Assembly (NCBI GenBank): GCA_963793425.1
Contig: CAWCAG010000001.1
Span: 160,001-224,000 of the forward strand
Direction of reading: 5' to 3'
From: an uncultured cyanobacterium
GTDB lineage: Bacteria; Cyanobacteriota; Cyanobacteriia; Cyanobacteriales; CAWCAG01
DNA length: 64,000 bases
Shown: positions 23,559-34,718 of the stretch, in pieces
Numbering within the stretch: the first letter of the stretch is position 1
How the letters are laid out: the number at the start of each line of letters is the position of its first letter
Notes under the pieces: model-generated
The model's input: the letters and a program-made list of their open reading frames with translations, nothing else
Databases searched by the model: none
Told to the model about the DNA's origin: nothing
Program-made: the position numbers and the translations under genes

Positions 23559-24137
23559 TTACCAAACTTCTTGTTGATATTCTTGAACGCAAGTATTAAG
23601 CATTCGTAAATCATTGTCACTCAACTGGTTTAGAGGTTGATAACCATCTAAGCCAACTTCTGGTAAATCAGGATTACCTTCTTTAGCCACAGTAGATTGA
23701 GACTTCAAAGCCACAGAATAAGGATAAGCTTTGTCTTCATAAGGATCAACAACAGCAATATCCATTTTCTGGGGTTCAACACTGCCGTAGAAACAACTAA
23801 ACTCAGACTGGGGAACGTAAAAAGCCCCAACTACCTTGTTGTTACGTACCTGAAAAACCAAATATTCTGCACCCAATACATCTGGTTGAGGCGATCGCCC
23901 ATACAAATAGTTGCCATTAGCTAAAGATGTTGTAGCATCAGGAACCCCATTTCTTTCTGCTTCTAAAACAGCAACCATACTCTCATACATTCGCTGCTGT
24001 TGTGCTGACTCATGACTTTGCAAATTGTAAGCAAACAAAGGAGCAGCAGTAGTAGCAACTAAACCAACACCAAGTAACAAACCAACATTGAGCCTAGAAA
24101 GCTTCTTAAAATTTGTTTCTAAAATTCGCTGTAACAA
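23559..24137 (-). CDS. Secreted/periplasmic hypothetical protein
   Basis: Signal-peptide-like N-terminus and a NGNYLYG...EYLVF...EFSCFYG motif. Confidence 0.7.
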   Translation of the reverse strand: MLQRILETNFKKLSRLNVGLLLGVGLVATTAAPLFAYNLQSHESAQQQRMYESMVAVLEAERNGVPDATTSLANGNYLYGRSPQPDVLGAEYLVFQVRNNKVVGAFYVPQSEFSCFYGSVEPQKMDIAVVDPYEDKAYPYSVALKSQSTVAKEGNPDLPEVGLDGYQPLNQLSDNDLRMLNTCVQEYQQEVW

Positions 24138-24669
24138 AATATTCCCCTCACTCCCTCATATGACAACATCTATTCAAAAACTGGCTCTTCTCGATTAAGA
24201 GACATAACTCAATGTTTCGAGTTAATACTAAACTTCTTAAAGAACGGCTTTTGTTGATTTGAGTATTTTCCTCTATTCCAATTTACCCTTCTTAGAGCCT
24301 CTATGCACTCGTTAGTGCCAGTTTTTTCTGTGGAACATTACATAACTACAGAAAAACTAAGGCTATTTACGCAAATCAGCCTGGTTTTTACCCCTATATT
24401 TGGTTGTATGTTGCCAAAAATGTTTCTTAAGGGAGAGGGGGGATCACAGCCTAATCAGACTTTAGGCTGTTATTTACAGATTCTTTTGTTGAAGGGAACA
24501 ATATCTAAAAATTAATACTAATTAGGAAATGTTTATTTACAAAAATTTATCAACACGGGGGCAACTCCAGAAAATGATCTCCCAAAGTTCCAAAATAAAA
24601 CCACAAGAGTCGCCCCTACAAAAGATGCCAATTAGAGCCTTATTTTTCTTTGCTAACTTCGTCACTTAA

Positions 24670-25653
24670 CTAGCTAGCAATATACTCGCGCATATGATAG
24701 CGACGACGACGTAATTGGTTGAGGGCTTGGCTTTCTAACTGACGAACTCGTTCCCGACTCAGATTCATTCTTTGACCAACTTTAGCCAGAGAAAGTTCCT
24801 TACCATTATCCAAGCCAAAGCGTAGGCATAAAACCTCTCTTTGTTGGGGAGTCAATTCTGAGAGCATATTTTGTAAATCTTGCCGCATTGATTCTTGGGT
24901 GATATATCTTTCTGGAGAAATTCCACCATCTTCAAGAAGATCCGATAATTCTGTATCTTGATTGTCCCCAACCCTGACATCAAGGGAAATGGGCTGACGA
25001 GAAATACTCAAGTACTCGCGAATTTGGCTAGTATCGAGATCCAGCACCTCGGCAATCTCTTTGGGGGTAGCACTTCGACCTAGTTTTTGAGCAAGTTCTC
25101 TTTGAGTTCTCTTAATTTTATTCAGTTTTTCGGTAATATGAATTGGTAGGCGAATGGCACGGGCTTGTTGAGCGATCGCTCTAGTAATTGCTTGGCGAAT
25201 CCACCAGTAAGCATAGGTAGAAAACTTATAACCTCGCATCGGATCAAACTTTTCTACCCCTCTTTCCAAACCGAGAGTACCTTCTTGAATCAGGTCAAGA
25301 AATTCCATGTTACGCTTCTGGTATTTCTTGGCGATGGCTACAACTAAGCGTAAATTAGCTTCAATCATCTTAGCCTTACCACGCTCGCCTTGACGTAGAA
25401 TCTTTTTCAATTCTACTTCGCTTAATTCAACCTGATCTCCCCACTCGCTGAAACTGGGTTCACGGTCTAATTCTGTGGTTAACTCGGCTTTTTTCTCTAG
25501 CAAGCTCATCATTGCTTGAACTTGCTTACCGTAGCGAATTTCTTCTTCGTGAGTAAGTAAAGGGACACGACCAATTTCATGCAGGTAGGTACGTACCATA
25601 TCCGCTGAGATACTGGTTTTATCTGTTGTTTGGGCTATTTTGGCAGTGGGCAT
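24670..25653 (-). CDS. sigB: Group 2 RNA polymerase sigma factor (SigB-type)
   Basis: MPTA...ADMVRTYLHEIGRVPLL, ANLRLVVAIAKKY, GYKFSTYAYWWIRQ and SRERVRQLE. No region 1.1. The N-terminus resembles Synechocystis SigB. Confidence 0.8.
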   Translation of the reverse strand: MPTAKIAQTTDKTSISADMVRTYLHEIGRVPLLTHEEEIRYGKQVQAMMSLLEKKAELTTELDREPSFSEWGDQVELSEVELKKILRQGERGKAKMIEANLRLVVAIAKKYQKRNMEFLDLIQEGTLGLERGVEKFDPMRGYKFSTYAYWWIRQAITRAIAQQARAIRLPIHITEKLNKIKRTQRELAQKLGRSATPKEIAEVLDLDTSQIREYLSISRQPISLDVRVGDNQDTELSDLLEDGGISPERYITQESMRQDLQNMLSELTPQQREVLCLRFGLDNGKELSLAKVGQRMNLSRERVRQLESQALNQLRRRRYHMREYIAS

Positions 25654-26188
25654 CTGTACGTCGTGACTCCGTAGACAAAGGTATAAACTGAGTGTTAAGT
25701 GACTTATGGAGAGATGGTTATTTTTTGAGCTATTGAAAAGAACCTCACTCAAATGTTAATTTGAGCTAGATTTTGCTTATCTTGTTACCTATTTAGACGA
25801 GCCTCAAGAATAAAAGGTTCATAATTCTTAGTCGCCCGAAAGAAGTATTCTTGTGCAGAGTCTTTAAAAGTAAGTCAGACTGGGCTTCTCATTTCTCCCT
25901 AATCCTATGATGCCTCAGCGATCGCCCAATTATAAAGGTGCGGTTGGTGTGGATCGCCGCACTATTAAATAGCTATAATCAAAGTCTACTTTTTCTCAGC
26001 TAAATCTCAGTTAAATGTGGTTAACGCCACATTTCTTTGCTTGTGTCGTAGATACATTGGTTCGTAAAATGGTGCGTTAAGTGCTGAATAAAGATTTTGG
26101 TCAACAGTCCATAGTCTTTAACAGCACAAACACACCCTACAAGACTCTGATCAATAATCAGTGATCATTGTTCGGCTTGCCGTTGCCG

Positions 26189-27076
26189 TTAGGCATCATT
26201 GACTATTGATTCATCGATTTCTGCCAAAATTTTGGTAGCAGTAGTATAAAGTTCTTGGTGACAGGGGCCATTGCTAGCCATTAAACCGCCCCACTGACTG
26301 ATATCTGGGTTATTGTAGGTTAAATCTTCTCCTTCAAAACTAGTAAACTTGCCTCCGGCTTCGGTAAGTACTAATTCCGGGGCAGCAAAGTCCCAATCTT
26401 TGGGGGCAGACTTACCAGATAGGGAGATATAGACATCACATTGTTGTTCTAAAATCGTGGAAACTTTTCGCCCCACGCTACCAACAAAATGTCTGCTTTG
26501 AAAAGGTATTCTCTCCAACATCATATTTAAACGTTTGTTACGGTGACTGCGACTTGCGACCAAAGATAAGTCTTCAATGCGGTTACGATCAGCAACACGA
26601 ATAGGCTTAACAGTACCGTCGCGGGTTTCGACAAAAGTGCCACCGCTCTTGGTGGCAAAATACACTTTTTCGGTTTCAGGAATCACTACCACAGCTAAAA
26701 CCGGGCGTTGATTATGGGTAAGGGCGATATGAACGGCATATTCTCCGGTTTTTTCAATAAAGTCCCTTGTACCATCAAGGGGATCGATAATCCAAACCCA
26801 AGGATGATCTACAGGTTTGGAACCTTGGGCTTTGTAGGTTTCTTCGCTGAGATAGCCGAAATCTTCTTCCCCCAAGGCTTCTTTTAAATGTTTGAGGATG
26901 TAGTAATTAGCAGCTAAATCTGCTGCTGTTACGGGGCCTCCTTTTTTGTCATCAATTTCTAAGTCTCCTTCATTAACTTCACCACGATAGTAGGAACGCA
27001 GAATATCCCCTGCCCCCCAACCCACAGAACAAGCAATTTTGACGATTTCTGTTAAGTTGTATTGGTTTTCGCCCAC
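26189..27076 (-). CDS. cysQ: 3'(2'),5'-bisphosphate nucleotidase CysQ / inositol monophosphatase family
   Basis: PVTAAD, LSEE, WIIDPLDGTRDF and WDFAAP motifs. Confidence 0.88.
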   Translation of the reverse strand: MGENQYNLTEIVKIACSVGWGAGDILRSYYRGEVNEGDLEIDDKKGGPVTAADLAANYYILKHLKEALGEEDFGYLSEETYKAQGSKPVDHPWVWIIDPLDGTRDFIEKTGEYAVHIALTHNQRPVLAVVVIPETEKVYFATKSGGTFVETRDGTVKPIRVADRNRIEDLSLVASRSHRNKRLNMMLERIPFQSRHFVGSVGRKVSTILEQQCDVYISLSGKSAPKDWDFAAPELVLTEAGGKFTSFEGEDLTYNNPDISQWGGLMASNGPCHQELYTTATKILAEIDESIVNDA

Positions 27077-27080
27077 GATG

Positions 27081-27995
27081 TTAACCTTCTCCGTTTAAAT
27101 CTCTATCTACTCTAGCTTCACCCATCCAGATACGAGTACCGAAAGATTGACAAGCTTGGCTGGCAATTTTGGCAGCGGCAGTTAGGGAGTTACTGAAGTT
27201 GTTTTGTAGGATGTAATGAGTGAAAGCACCGTGGAAGATGTCTCCTGCCCCCAAAGTATCTACGGGGGTGATGGTAGGGACTTCTATGGTTCCCTTTTTA
27301 CCAGAAGTCATATATTCAATCGGTTTTTCCCCTTGGGTAATGACAATATTTTTAATACCTGCCGCCAGTAAGTAATCCCAAATATCTTGTTGATCATGAC
27401 AATGAGGGGGATAAAAGTTAGCGGAACAGATGGCATAATCGATAAAAGGTAAAACCTTCTCTAATCCAGGTTTCCAGCTACCACCATCCATAACCACAGG
27501 AATACCTCGATTTTTGGCTTCAGAGGCGATCGCAATACTTACAGCTATTTGATGTCCGTCAATGAGAATTATCTTAATCCCATCTAAAATACCAGGAGGA
27601 TTTTTTTGAGGGAAAGCTTGAGATTTTACGGCATTGAGGGAAATTACTGCCCTTTCTCCTGTTCCTTGGGTAGTGATGGTGGAAGATAGGGGAGGAGGAG
27701 TTGTTTTATCCGGTTGAAGATCCTGGATATTAACTTTGTAACTAGCTAAGTCTGTTTTAATTAAGTTACTTAAAGGGTGCTGCCCCAATACAGCTAAGAG
27801 ATGGGTTTCGTTACCTAAATAAGCAAAAGTAACCGCCGCATTGGTAGCAGGGCCTCCAGCAGCCATTGTGCAATCGGTGGCAACAATTTTCTGGTTTGGT
27901 TGAGGGAATTGAGGGGATAAGTAAATGATGTCTAAGGTAGTTAAGCCGACGAATAAACCCTTATTTAATTTTGATGATCGCTTCTCGAAAGGCAA
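27081..27995 (-). CDS. PfkB family carbohydrate kinase
   Basis: GGPATNAA and DTLGAGDIFHGAF motifs. Confidence 0.92.
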   Translation of the reverse strand: MPFEKRSSKLNKGLFVGLTTLDIIYLSPQFPQPNQKIVATDCTMAAGGPATNAAVTFAYLGNETHLLAVLGQHPLSNLIKTDLASYKVNIQDLQPDKTTPPPLSSTITTQGTGERAVISLNAVKSQAFPQKNPPGILDGIKIILIDGHQIAVSIAIASEAKNRGIPVVMDGGSWKPGLEKVLPFIDYAICSANFYPPHCHDQQDIWDYLLAAGIKNIVITQGEKPIEYMTSGKKGTIEVPTITPVDTLGAGDIFHGAFTHYILQNNFSNSLTAAAKIASQACQSFGTRIWMGEARVDRDLNGEG

Positions 27996-28070
27996 CTTGA
28001 TTATTAATCCCCAATGTTTAATGTTTAATTTAGCCTACGGCAAGGCTTGCGCCAACAATGATAAATGAAA

Positions 28071-29483
28071 TCAGCTATTTTTCACCCAAATCTTAATAGT
28101 AGAATCCGCCCCCCCACTCACAATTGTCTTTCCATCAGGGCTATAAGTAAGGGACATAACCTCATCACTATGACCTTTTAAGGTATACATCTCCTCACCT
28201 TTTCTAAGATCCCAAACTTTAATATACTTACTCCAGCTACCACTAATTAATTGCTGACCATCAGGAGAAAAAGCAACTGCCCCAACTCTATCTAAATGTC
28301 CTCGTAAAGTGCAAATTTGTTCTCCGGTTTCTACTTTCCAAAGATGTATATGACAATCAAAACTTCCTGTCGCTATGGTTTGATTGTCGGGACTAATAGC
28401 CACAGATAATACTCCCGATTTACCTTTCACAGAACGAATCAATTTACCATTAGTTAATCTTCTAATTCTTAAAGCTTTTTCCATACCGCCCCCCACAAAG
28501 AATCTGCCATTTGAACTAATTGCTACAGAAAGCACCTGCGCCGAGTATCCTGTTAAATCAGAAAGTTCTTTACCTGTATTAATTTGCCAAATTTTAATAG
28601 TTTTATCAGCTCCCCCGCTAATAAGCTTCTTTTTATCGGGACTAATAGCAACACTTAAAACAGTATCTCGATGTCCACTTAACCAACCACCAAAAGTTTG
28701 CACTAATTTACCTGTACTGATTTGCCAAAGTTTAATAGTTCTATCGGCACTACCACTAGCCAAAGTTTTACCATCAGGATTGAAAACCACACAAGAAACT
28801 GCCCCAGAATGTCCAGTTAAAGTACGAATTTCTCGACCTGTACTTAACTGAAAAAGTTTAATTGTACCGTCATAGCTACCACTAGCGATAATCTGGCTAT
28901 CTGTGTTAATAGCAACAGAAGCAACTTTCCCTTTATGCTGTTTCAGTGTATGGTTACATTGCCAAGGTGTATGACTACTTTGGCTATTGTTTGCTGTTTT
29001 TTGTTGATAGTAACTCTGTTGCAGATTTTGTTCTAGCTTAATTTTTTTCGCTGTTTCAAAGTCACTTTCTGCCCGTAAAGGATAGCCCACCATTTTGTAA
29101 ATAAAGCCGCGATCTAAATAAGCTTTGATGTAATCGGGTTTTAATCTAATCGCGTGGGTAAAATCATCAATAGCACGGTCAAACTTCTTCTTTTCATAGT
29201 TTGCTACCCCTCGGTTATAAAAAACTTCCCAAGCTTCAATGGGAGTAGAAACATTAGTTTTAGTATTACCCTGACGATAAGGAGGATTATAAAATTTCAG
29301 CTTTTCGTAAGCTTCATTAATTAACTTAATTTTCTCCTCCGCTTCTGCTTTTAAATGAGGTTCTGTTGCAAATCGATCTGGATGCCAAGTTTTGGCCATT
29401 TGGCGATAGGCTTGCTTAATGTCTTTCTGAGAAGCACCAGGTTTTAAACCTAAAATCTCGTAATATTGATTGATAGTAGTCAT
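28071..29483 (-). CDS. DnaJ-domain + TPR + WD40-repeat protein
   Basis: YYEILGL...WHPD J-domain, a TPR pair and about seven GH...WD-type repeats. Confidence 0.92.
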   Translation of the reverse strand: MTTINQYYEILGLKPGASQKDIKQAYRQMAKTWHPDRFATEPHLKAEAEEKIKLINEAYEKLKFYNPPYRQGNTKTNVSTPIEAWEVFYNRGVANYEKKKFDRAIDDFTHAIRLKPDYIKAYLDRGFIYKMVGYPLRAESDFETAKKIKLEQNLQQSYYQQKTANNSQSSHTPWQCNHTLKQHKGKVASVAINTDSQIIASGSYDGTIKLFQLSTGREIRTLTGHSGAVSCVVFNPDGKTLASGSADRTIKLWQISTGKLVQTFGGWLSGHRDTVLSVAISPDKKKLISGGADKTIKIWQINTGKELSDLTGYSAQVLSVAISSNGRFFVGGGMEKALRIRRLTNGKLIRSVKGKSGVLSVAISPDNQTIATGSFDCHIHLWKVETGEQICTLRGHLDRVGAVAFSPDGQQLISGSWSKYIKVWDLRKGEEMYTLKGHSDEVMSLTYSPDGKTIVSGGADSTIKIWVKNS

Positions 29484-29739
29484 CTACTAATGAAGTAATA
29501 AGTAATAGGTAAGCTGTCAGGTATCTATATTGTCTGTGGGGATAAGGTAATAGGTAATGGATAAAAGCTATAGCTTACTTTAACTGATTTGATGATATGT
29601 TGTTTGAATATGTAACAACCTAGTCAGTAATTAGTTGATTTTGTTTGAGTTAAGACCAGTTTTCCCAAATATAGAATTGCTATAGTAAAATGTTCTTGCT
29701 CAAAAAACTTCCCTATTTTTTGTCTAACTCCAGAAAAAT

Positions 29740-30090
29740 ATGCCTTTAATCAAAGTACAAACATCTATTCCTGCACCGGAAAAAGCGGCTATAGAAAGTA
29801 TGTTAAAAACTCTCTCTAGTAAACTCGCAACTCATTTCAACAAATCAGAAGCCTATGTTATGACAGCTTTTGAACCAGAAATTGCTATGACCTTTGGTGG
29901 TACGACTGAACCAGTTTGTTTTATCGAAATCAAAAATATTGGTACGATGACTCCGGAACAAACTCAAGCTATGAGTGAAGATTTTTGCCAAGTAGTTAAC
30001 GAGAAATTAGCAGTACCAAAAAACAGAATTTATCTCGAATTCGCCGATGCGAAAAGGCACTTGTGGGGTTGGAATGGTAAGACTTTTTAA
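29740..30090 (+). CDS. MIF/phenylpyruvate tautomerase family protein
   Basis: Catalytic Pro after Met (MPLIK), MTFGG and WGWNG motifs. Confidence 0.92.
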   Translation: MPLIKVQTSIPAPEKAAIESMLKTLSSKLATHFNKSEAYVMTAFEPEIAMTFGGTTEPVCFIEIKNIGTMTPEQTQAMSEDFCQVVNEKLAVPKNRIYLEFADAKRHLWGWNGKTF

Positions 30091-30129
30091 GTAATATGTA
30101 ATAGGGGCTTCGGCAAATTATGGTATCAT

Positions 30130-30265
30130 GAACTCCGTCGGTTCTAATGGGGAGCAGTCATTAGACGTAAAGGGGAAAGTTCGGTGTAAATCCGGCACTG
30201 TCCCGCAACTGTGAAAGAAGCTAGGTAAGTTAAGTTTCTAAGTCAGAATGCCCGCCGATTATCAT
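30130..30265 (+). ncRNA. Cobalamin riboswitch
   Basis: AAAGGGGAAAGTTCGGTGTAAATCCGGCACTGTCCCGCAACTGTGA ... AAGTCAGAATGCCCGCC core, upstream of hupE/ureJ and cobW. Confidence 0.92.
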
Positions 30266-30641
30266 CAAGTTAAAGTAAAAATTCATCTGCGAGGTATGGA
30301 TGTTGCAACTATTAAGTAAATTTTCTGGGAACAGTTTTAGTCAAAGCTACATAGTTGGTAAGCATAAACATAAGTTTCCTTAAGCAAATTCTAAAACAGA
30401 CTTCCCACGAAATAAAGTCTGTATCCAAGGTAGGATGAAAGTTTGAGATTACATAATCACAGAAGTCTAATTGCTGACTAGCGAATTTATTTTCATTCAA
30501 ACAGAGCTTGGGTATAAAGATAAATTAAAACAGTTGCCTGATTGCAGAACAACTGTTTCTTGCGCTGACAATGTAATTATAAATTTCAGAAAATTATCTA
30601 GAAGTATTAGTTCTCAACAATCAACTTTTTGACAAAAAAAC

Positions 30642-31295
30642 ATGAACAGACAAACAAAGCTTTCCTTCCTAAAAAAACTTTCGCCATTAGTTCTCGCTAC
30701 AGTTTTATTGGCAATATTCAACGGCTTATTAATTACCACCCCAGCCGCAGCACATCATCCTTTTGGTGGCACAACTCCCGACAACTTATTACAAGGATTT
30801 CTTTCTGGTTTAGGGCATCCTGTTATTGGCGTAGATCACTTCGTTTTTACTATTGCTATTGGTTTATTGGCTGCTTTGAAAAAGCCGAAAGGTATTGTCA
30901 TTCCTGTTGCCTTTGTACTAGCTACTTTAGGAGGGACATGGCTACACTTAATGAGTTTAGATTTGCCTTTTCCTGAAACAATAATTGCTGTTTCTATTTT
31001 AGGAATTGGTCTTGTTTTAGGACTAAAAAACAAGCTTAACTTAATCGGTATAATTATTGCCATAGCCCTAGCCGGAATTTTCCACGGTTATGCCTATGGA
31101 GAAGCCATTGTTGGGGCGGAAATGACTCCTTTAATCGCTTACTTAGCGGGCTTTGCTTTCATTCAATTAGTAGTAGCCTTAACTGCTTACCAAATAAGCA
31201 CAATCATGTTAAATAAATTCGCTGAACAATCCCAATTATATTTACGCTTTGCTGGCTTTACTATTTTAGGTATGGGGGCAGCTTTCCTCTTTTAA
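30642..31295 (+). CDS. HupE/UreJ family cobalt/nickel transporter
   Basis: Signal peptide then AHHP, GLGHPVIGVDH and FHGYAYG motifs. Lies under the B12 riboswitch. Confidence 0.92.
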   Translation: MNRQTKLSFLKKLSPLVLATVLLAIFNGLLITTPAAAHHPFGGTTPDNLLQGFLSGLGHPVIGVDHFVFTIAIGLLAALKKPKGIVIPVAFVLATLGGTWLHLMSLDLPFPETIIAVSILGIGLVLGLKNKLNLIGIIIAIALAGIFHGYAYGEAIVGAEMTPLIAYLAGFAFIQLVVALTAYQISTIMLNKFAEQSQLYLRFAGFTILGMGAAFLF

Positions 31296-31334
31296 AGATT
31301 ACCCATTACCTATTACCCATTACTTAATATTTCC

Positions 31335-32369
31335 ATGCACAAAATCCCCGTTACCGTGGTTACAGGCTTTCTCGGCGCTGGTAAAACCACCTTAGTACGC
31401 CATTTATTACAAAACAATCAAGGACGAAAAATTGCTGTTCTAGTTAATGAATTTGGTGAAGTTGGTATAGATGGGGACTTGTTACGTTCCTGTCAAATTT
31501 GTGACGATGAATCAGAACCAGAAAACAACATTGTTGAACTTACCAACGGCTGTCTTTGTTGCACAGTTCAAGAAGAATTTTATCCTACCATGCAAGAACT
31601 ATTACAAAGGAAGGATAAAATTGATTGCTTATTAGTAGAAACATCTGGTTTAGCACTTCCTAAACCCTTAATTAAAGCCTTCCGTTGGCCAGAAATTCGT
31701 AACGGTGCAACGGTAGATGGAGTAGTAACTGTAGTTGATTGTCAAGCCCTGGCGGAAGGAACTTTGGTCGGGGACTTAGAAGCCCTGGAAGCGCAACGAA
31801 AAGAAGATCCTAACCTAGACCATGAAACCCCCATTGAAGAACTATTTGAAGACCAGCTAGCTTGTGCTGATTTGGTATTATTAACTAAGGTAGATCAAGT
31901 AGATGAAGCAACCAGAATTAAGGTTGAAAAATGGTTGCAACAAGAATTACCATCAGGGGTGAAAATCGTCCCTTGTAAACAGGGAGAAATTAGCCCAGAA
32001 GTTTTACTTGGTTTCAATGCGGCGGTGGAAGATGATCTTGAGAATCGCCCTAGTCACCATGACACTGAAGAAGATCACGAACATGACGAAGAAATTAATT
32101 CAGTACAGTTAATTTTAGAGCAAAGTTTTGAACCGAAAGCCCTAACCAGTAAATTACAAACCTTGGTACAAGCAGAGGAAATTTATCGAGTTAAGGGTTT
32201 TGTTAATGTAGCCAATAAACCCATGCGTTTGGTATTACAAGGAGTAGGAAATCGCTTTGATTCATTCTATGATCGGGCTTGGGAAGCTCAAGAATCTCGT
32301 CAAACTAGGTTAGTGCTGATTGGGCGTAATCTTGATCAGGGGAAGATAGAACAAGCTATCCTTAATTAA
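31335..32369 (+). CDS. cobW: Cobalamin biosynthesis GTPase CobW
   Basis: GFLGAGKTT, GCLCC, ETSGLALPKPL and a His-rich linker. Confidence 0.93.
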   Translation: MHKIPVTVVTGFLGAGKTTLVRHLLQNNQGRKIAVLVNEFGEVGIDGDLLRSCQICDDESEPENNIVELTNGCLCCTVQEEFYPTMQELLQRKDKIDCLLVETSGLALPKPLIKAFRWPEIRNGATVDGVVTVVDCQALAEGTLVGDLEALEAQRKEDPNLDHETPIEELFEDQLACADLVLLTKVDQVDEATRIKVEKWLQQELPSGVKIVPCKQGEISPEVLLGFNAAVEDDLENRPSHHDTEEDHEHDEEINSVQLILEQSFEPKALTSKLQTLVQAEEIYRVKGFVNVANKPMRLVLQGVGNRFDSFYDRAWEAQESRQTRLVLIGRNLDQGKIEQAILN

Positions 32370-32375
32370 GAAAAG

Positions 32376-32447
32376 AGCCGATGGAGGGATTTGAACCCAC
32401 GACCCATCGCTTACGAAGCGATCGCTCTACCACTGAGCTACATCGGC
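32376..32447 (-). tRNA. trnT: tRNA-Thr(CGT)
   Basis: GCCGATG/CATCGGC acceptor stem, ATCGC-TT CGT AA-GCGAT anticodon arm and GGTTCAAATCC T-arm. Confidence 0.95.
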
Positions 32448-32583
32448 ATTTCTAGCTAACTATTATAACTTATTAGCTGTCAGGCATTGAGATTATCTAT
32501 TGGGGGACCGGAAGTAGGGAGTGGGCAGTGGGCAGCAGAAAGATAGTTACAGCTTATTTAGTTGTTACCATTAGCCATTAGCA

Positions 32584-33384
32584 ATGACTCAAAATAGCTA
32601 TCGATTGCGAACAGAAAAATTAGTTCTTGGTTACGATAACACGGTAATTATTCAAGAACTTGATTTAGCTATTCCTACAGGGAAAATCACTGTTTTAGTG
32701 GGGGCTAATGGTTGCGGCAAATCTACTTTATTGCGAGGGATGGCACGGTTGCTTAAACCTCGTAGTGGGATAGTTTATCTTGATGGACAAGATGTTAATC
32801 AACTACCAACTAAAGAAGTAGCCCGAAACTTAGCTATGTTACCTCAAAATCCTCTTGCCCCGGAAGGATTAACGGTACAAGACTTGGTTTCTCAAGGGCG
32901 TTATCCTTACCAAACTTGGTGGCAACAATGGTCAAAAGAAGATGAAGAAAAAGTTGAAGCAGCCCTAGAAATTACCAACATGATTGAGTTGCGATCGCGC
33001 AACTTAGATACCCTTTCTGGGGGGCAAAGGCAAAGGGCTTGGATCGCTATGACTTTAGCCCAGGATACAGATATTATCCTTTTAGATGAACCAACTACTT
33101 TCTTAGATTTAGCTTATCAAATAGAAATCTTAGATTTACTTTGGCAATTGCATAAAAGTCAAGGTAGAACTATTGTCATGGTACTCCATGATCTTAACCA
33201 AGCTTGTCGCTACGGAGATAATTTAGTAGCGATTAAAACAGGTGAGATTTATGCCCAAGGTAAGCCCGATCAAGTAATGACAGAAGAAATGGTTCAAGAA
33301 GTTTTTAATCTGAACTGTAAAATTATTACTGATCCTATTGCGGAAACTCCTTTGTGTATACCAATAAGTAAAGTGATATGCTAG
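32584..33384 (+). CDS. Iron-siderophore ABC transporter ATP-binding protein (FhuC/FecE-like)
   Basis: [32 protein letters not shown] and VLHDLN motifs. Confidence 0.93.
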   Translation: MTQNSYRLRTEKLVLGYDNTVIIQELDLAIPTGKITVLVGANGCGKSTLLRGMARLLKPRSGIVYLDGQDVNQLPTKEVARNLAMLPQNPLAPEGLTVQDLVSQGRYPYQTWWQQWSKEDEEKVEAALEITNMIELRSRNLDTLSGGQRQRAWIAMTLAQDTDIILLDEPTTFLDLAYQIEILDLLWQLHKSQGRTIVMVLHDLNQACRYGDNLVAIKTGEIYAQGKPDQVMTEEMVQEVFNLNCKIITDPIAETPLCIPISKVIC

Positions 33385-33418
33385 TTACTAATGGCTAATG
33401 GAAGCGTGGAAATAGACA

Positions 33419-33450
33419 AAATGTACCTCATGAGTCCGAGAAAAGCTATA
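33419..33450. mobile_element. Partial (one-end) copy of the MITE at 38819-38909
   Basis: AAATGTACCTCATGAGTCCGAGAAAAGCTATA is 30/32 identical to the reverse complement of 38817-38848. Confidence 0.8.
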
Positions 33451-33464
33451 TACCTGAAGCTAAG

Positions 33465-33718
33465 ATGTTTATTAGAGATCAGCAAGGGGCAGTTATTCTT
33501 GGTAAGAGAGAAGCTAGCGAAGAAGGAAGAAAGCAGGGGCTACAAGAAGGTAGACAGGAGGGATTACAAGAAGGCCAAATTGCAGGTCGCATTGCTGGTA
33601 TGCAACAGTTGATTTTGGGATTGCTGGAACGCTCTTTAGGTGAACTATCTCTAGAGATAAAGATTAGAATTGAGCAGTTATCTCTAGAGAAATTAGACAA
33701 TCTTGGCGAGGCAATTTT
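33465..33718 (+). pseudogene. C-terminal fragment of an Rpn/PD-(D/E)XK protein with a DUF4351-like tail
   Basis: FIRDQQGAV..EGRQEGLQEG...IEQLSLEKLDNLGEAIF. Matches FIYDQQGAI of the Rpn gene at 40349-41189. The nuclease domain is absent. Confidence 0.75.
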
Positions 33719-34475
33719 CTCGGCAATCCGTTCTAAAACTTCTAACTCCTTCAAACATAACGCCACAGGATTGTTTTCCATAACCTTCGCTGTATTCAAC
33801 ATACTGCGGGTTGCGGCGGTTTCTTCTCGACGACGAATTACGTTTGCTTGGGCAGATTTCTCTGCTTCTACAACCTTACCTAAAATATCCCTAATTTCCC
33901 CCGGCAGGATAATATCTTTCACACCAACAGAATCTACTTCCAGTCCATATTCTGCGGTTTTCTCTTTAATATAGCTGGCGATCGCACCATCGATTTGTCC
34001 TTTATCTTCCAATAAAGAATCTAAAGTTTTCTCCCCAACCGCAGCCCGTAGGGCAAATTGCAATTCTTTGTACAAATAACCCTTAACATCAACTAAATGA
34101 TTCCTGGCAGTGAGGGGATCAGCAATGCGAAAACCCGCCGTTAAATTTAGGCGCAAAGGTACTTTATCCTGAGAAAGGATATCCTGTCCAGAAACTTCTA
34201 GGGTTTGTTGACGCAGATCAAAAACTTCTGTTTGCCAACTACGGCCAAAAGTCCACCAAGCATGGATTCCTGCTGCTAATGTATCACAAAATTCTCGATT
34301 GATATACAACAAGCCAATGTGTTGAGAAGCAATATTACAAGTATACAAAGATGCTTGGCTCAATCTTAAAGTTTCTGGCAATCCAGATACCAACTCTGCC
34401 ACCAAGTGGGGTGGTAATTTAGCCTCGTTGCTAATCTCAATTTCTTCTACTTCAACCCCTTGCCAAAAGAGTTTG
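33712..34475 (-). pseudogene. Internal fragment of a slipin/SPFH (band 7) family gene
   Basis: QDILSQDKVPLRLN, GVKDIILPGEIR, RREETAATRSMLNTAK and LKELEVLERIAEKI. Homology appears to be lost at both ends. Confidence 0.75.
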
Positions 34476-34691
34476 CTAAAGCAGCAGCAGAAAAAAAGTA
34501 TAAGCTAACTTTTCTGTTGGGGTGCAATGTACCCAAAATAGGTTGATTATGAGCCGGGTTGTACTAAACCCGGTTCTTAAAGTGTGATACCTACGGTGGG
34601 CTTTGCCTACGCAAGTTGTTGAGCTTGTCTGCGGTAACTAGCCAACAACAGTAAATTCAACTTTGCTGTTAAGGAAACTGACTATGTTGCG

Positions 34692-34718
34692 ATCAGCTTT
34701 GCTGGTGCGCGGAGCGCA
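34692..34718. repeat. 27-bp double-hairpin insert splitting a HIP1 site (SDR5-like)
   Basis: GCG|ATCAGCTTTGCTGGTGCGCGGAGCGCA|ATCGC, with hairpins CAGC-TTT-GCTG and TGCGC-GGA-GCGCA. Confidence 0.8.

Noticed and set aside
30312..30500. 62-aa ORF in the riboswitch leader
   Set aside because: It is antisense to the leader with no motifs, and is likely spurious.
33465..34405. Two genuine overlapping antisense genes (169 aa and 308 aa)
   Set aside because: Both are truncated fragments that run into each other's antisense strand after a junction.
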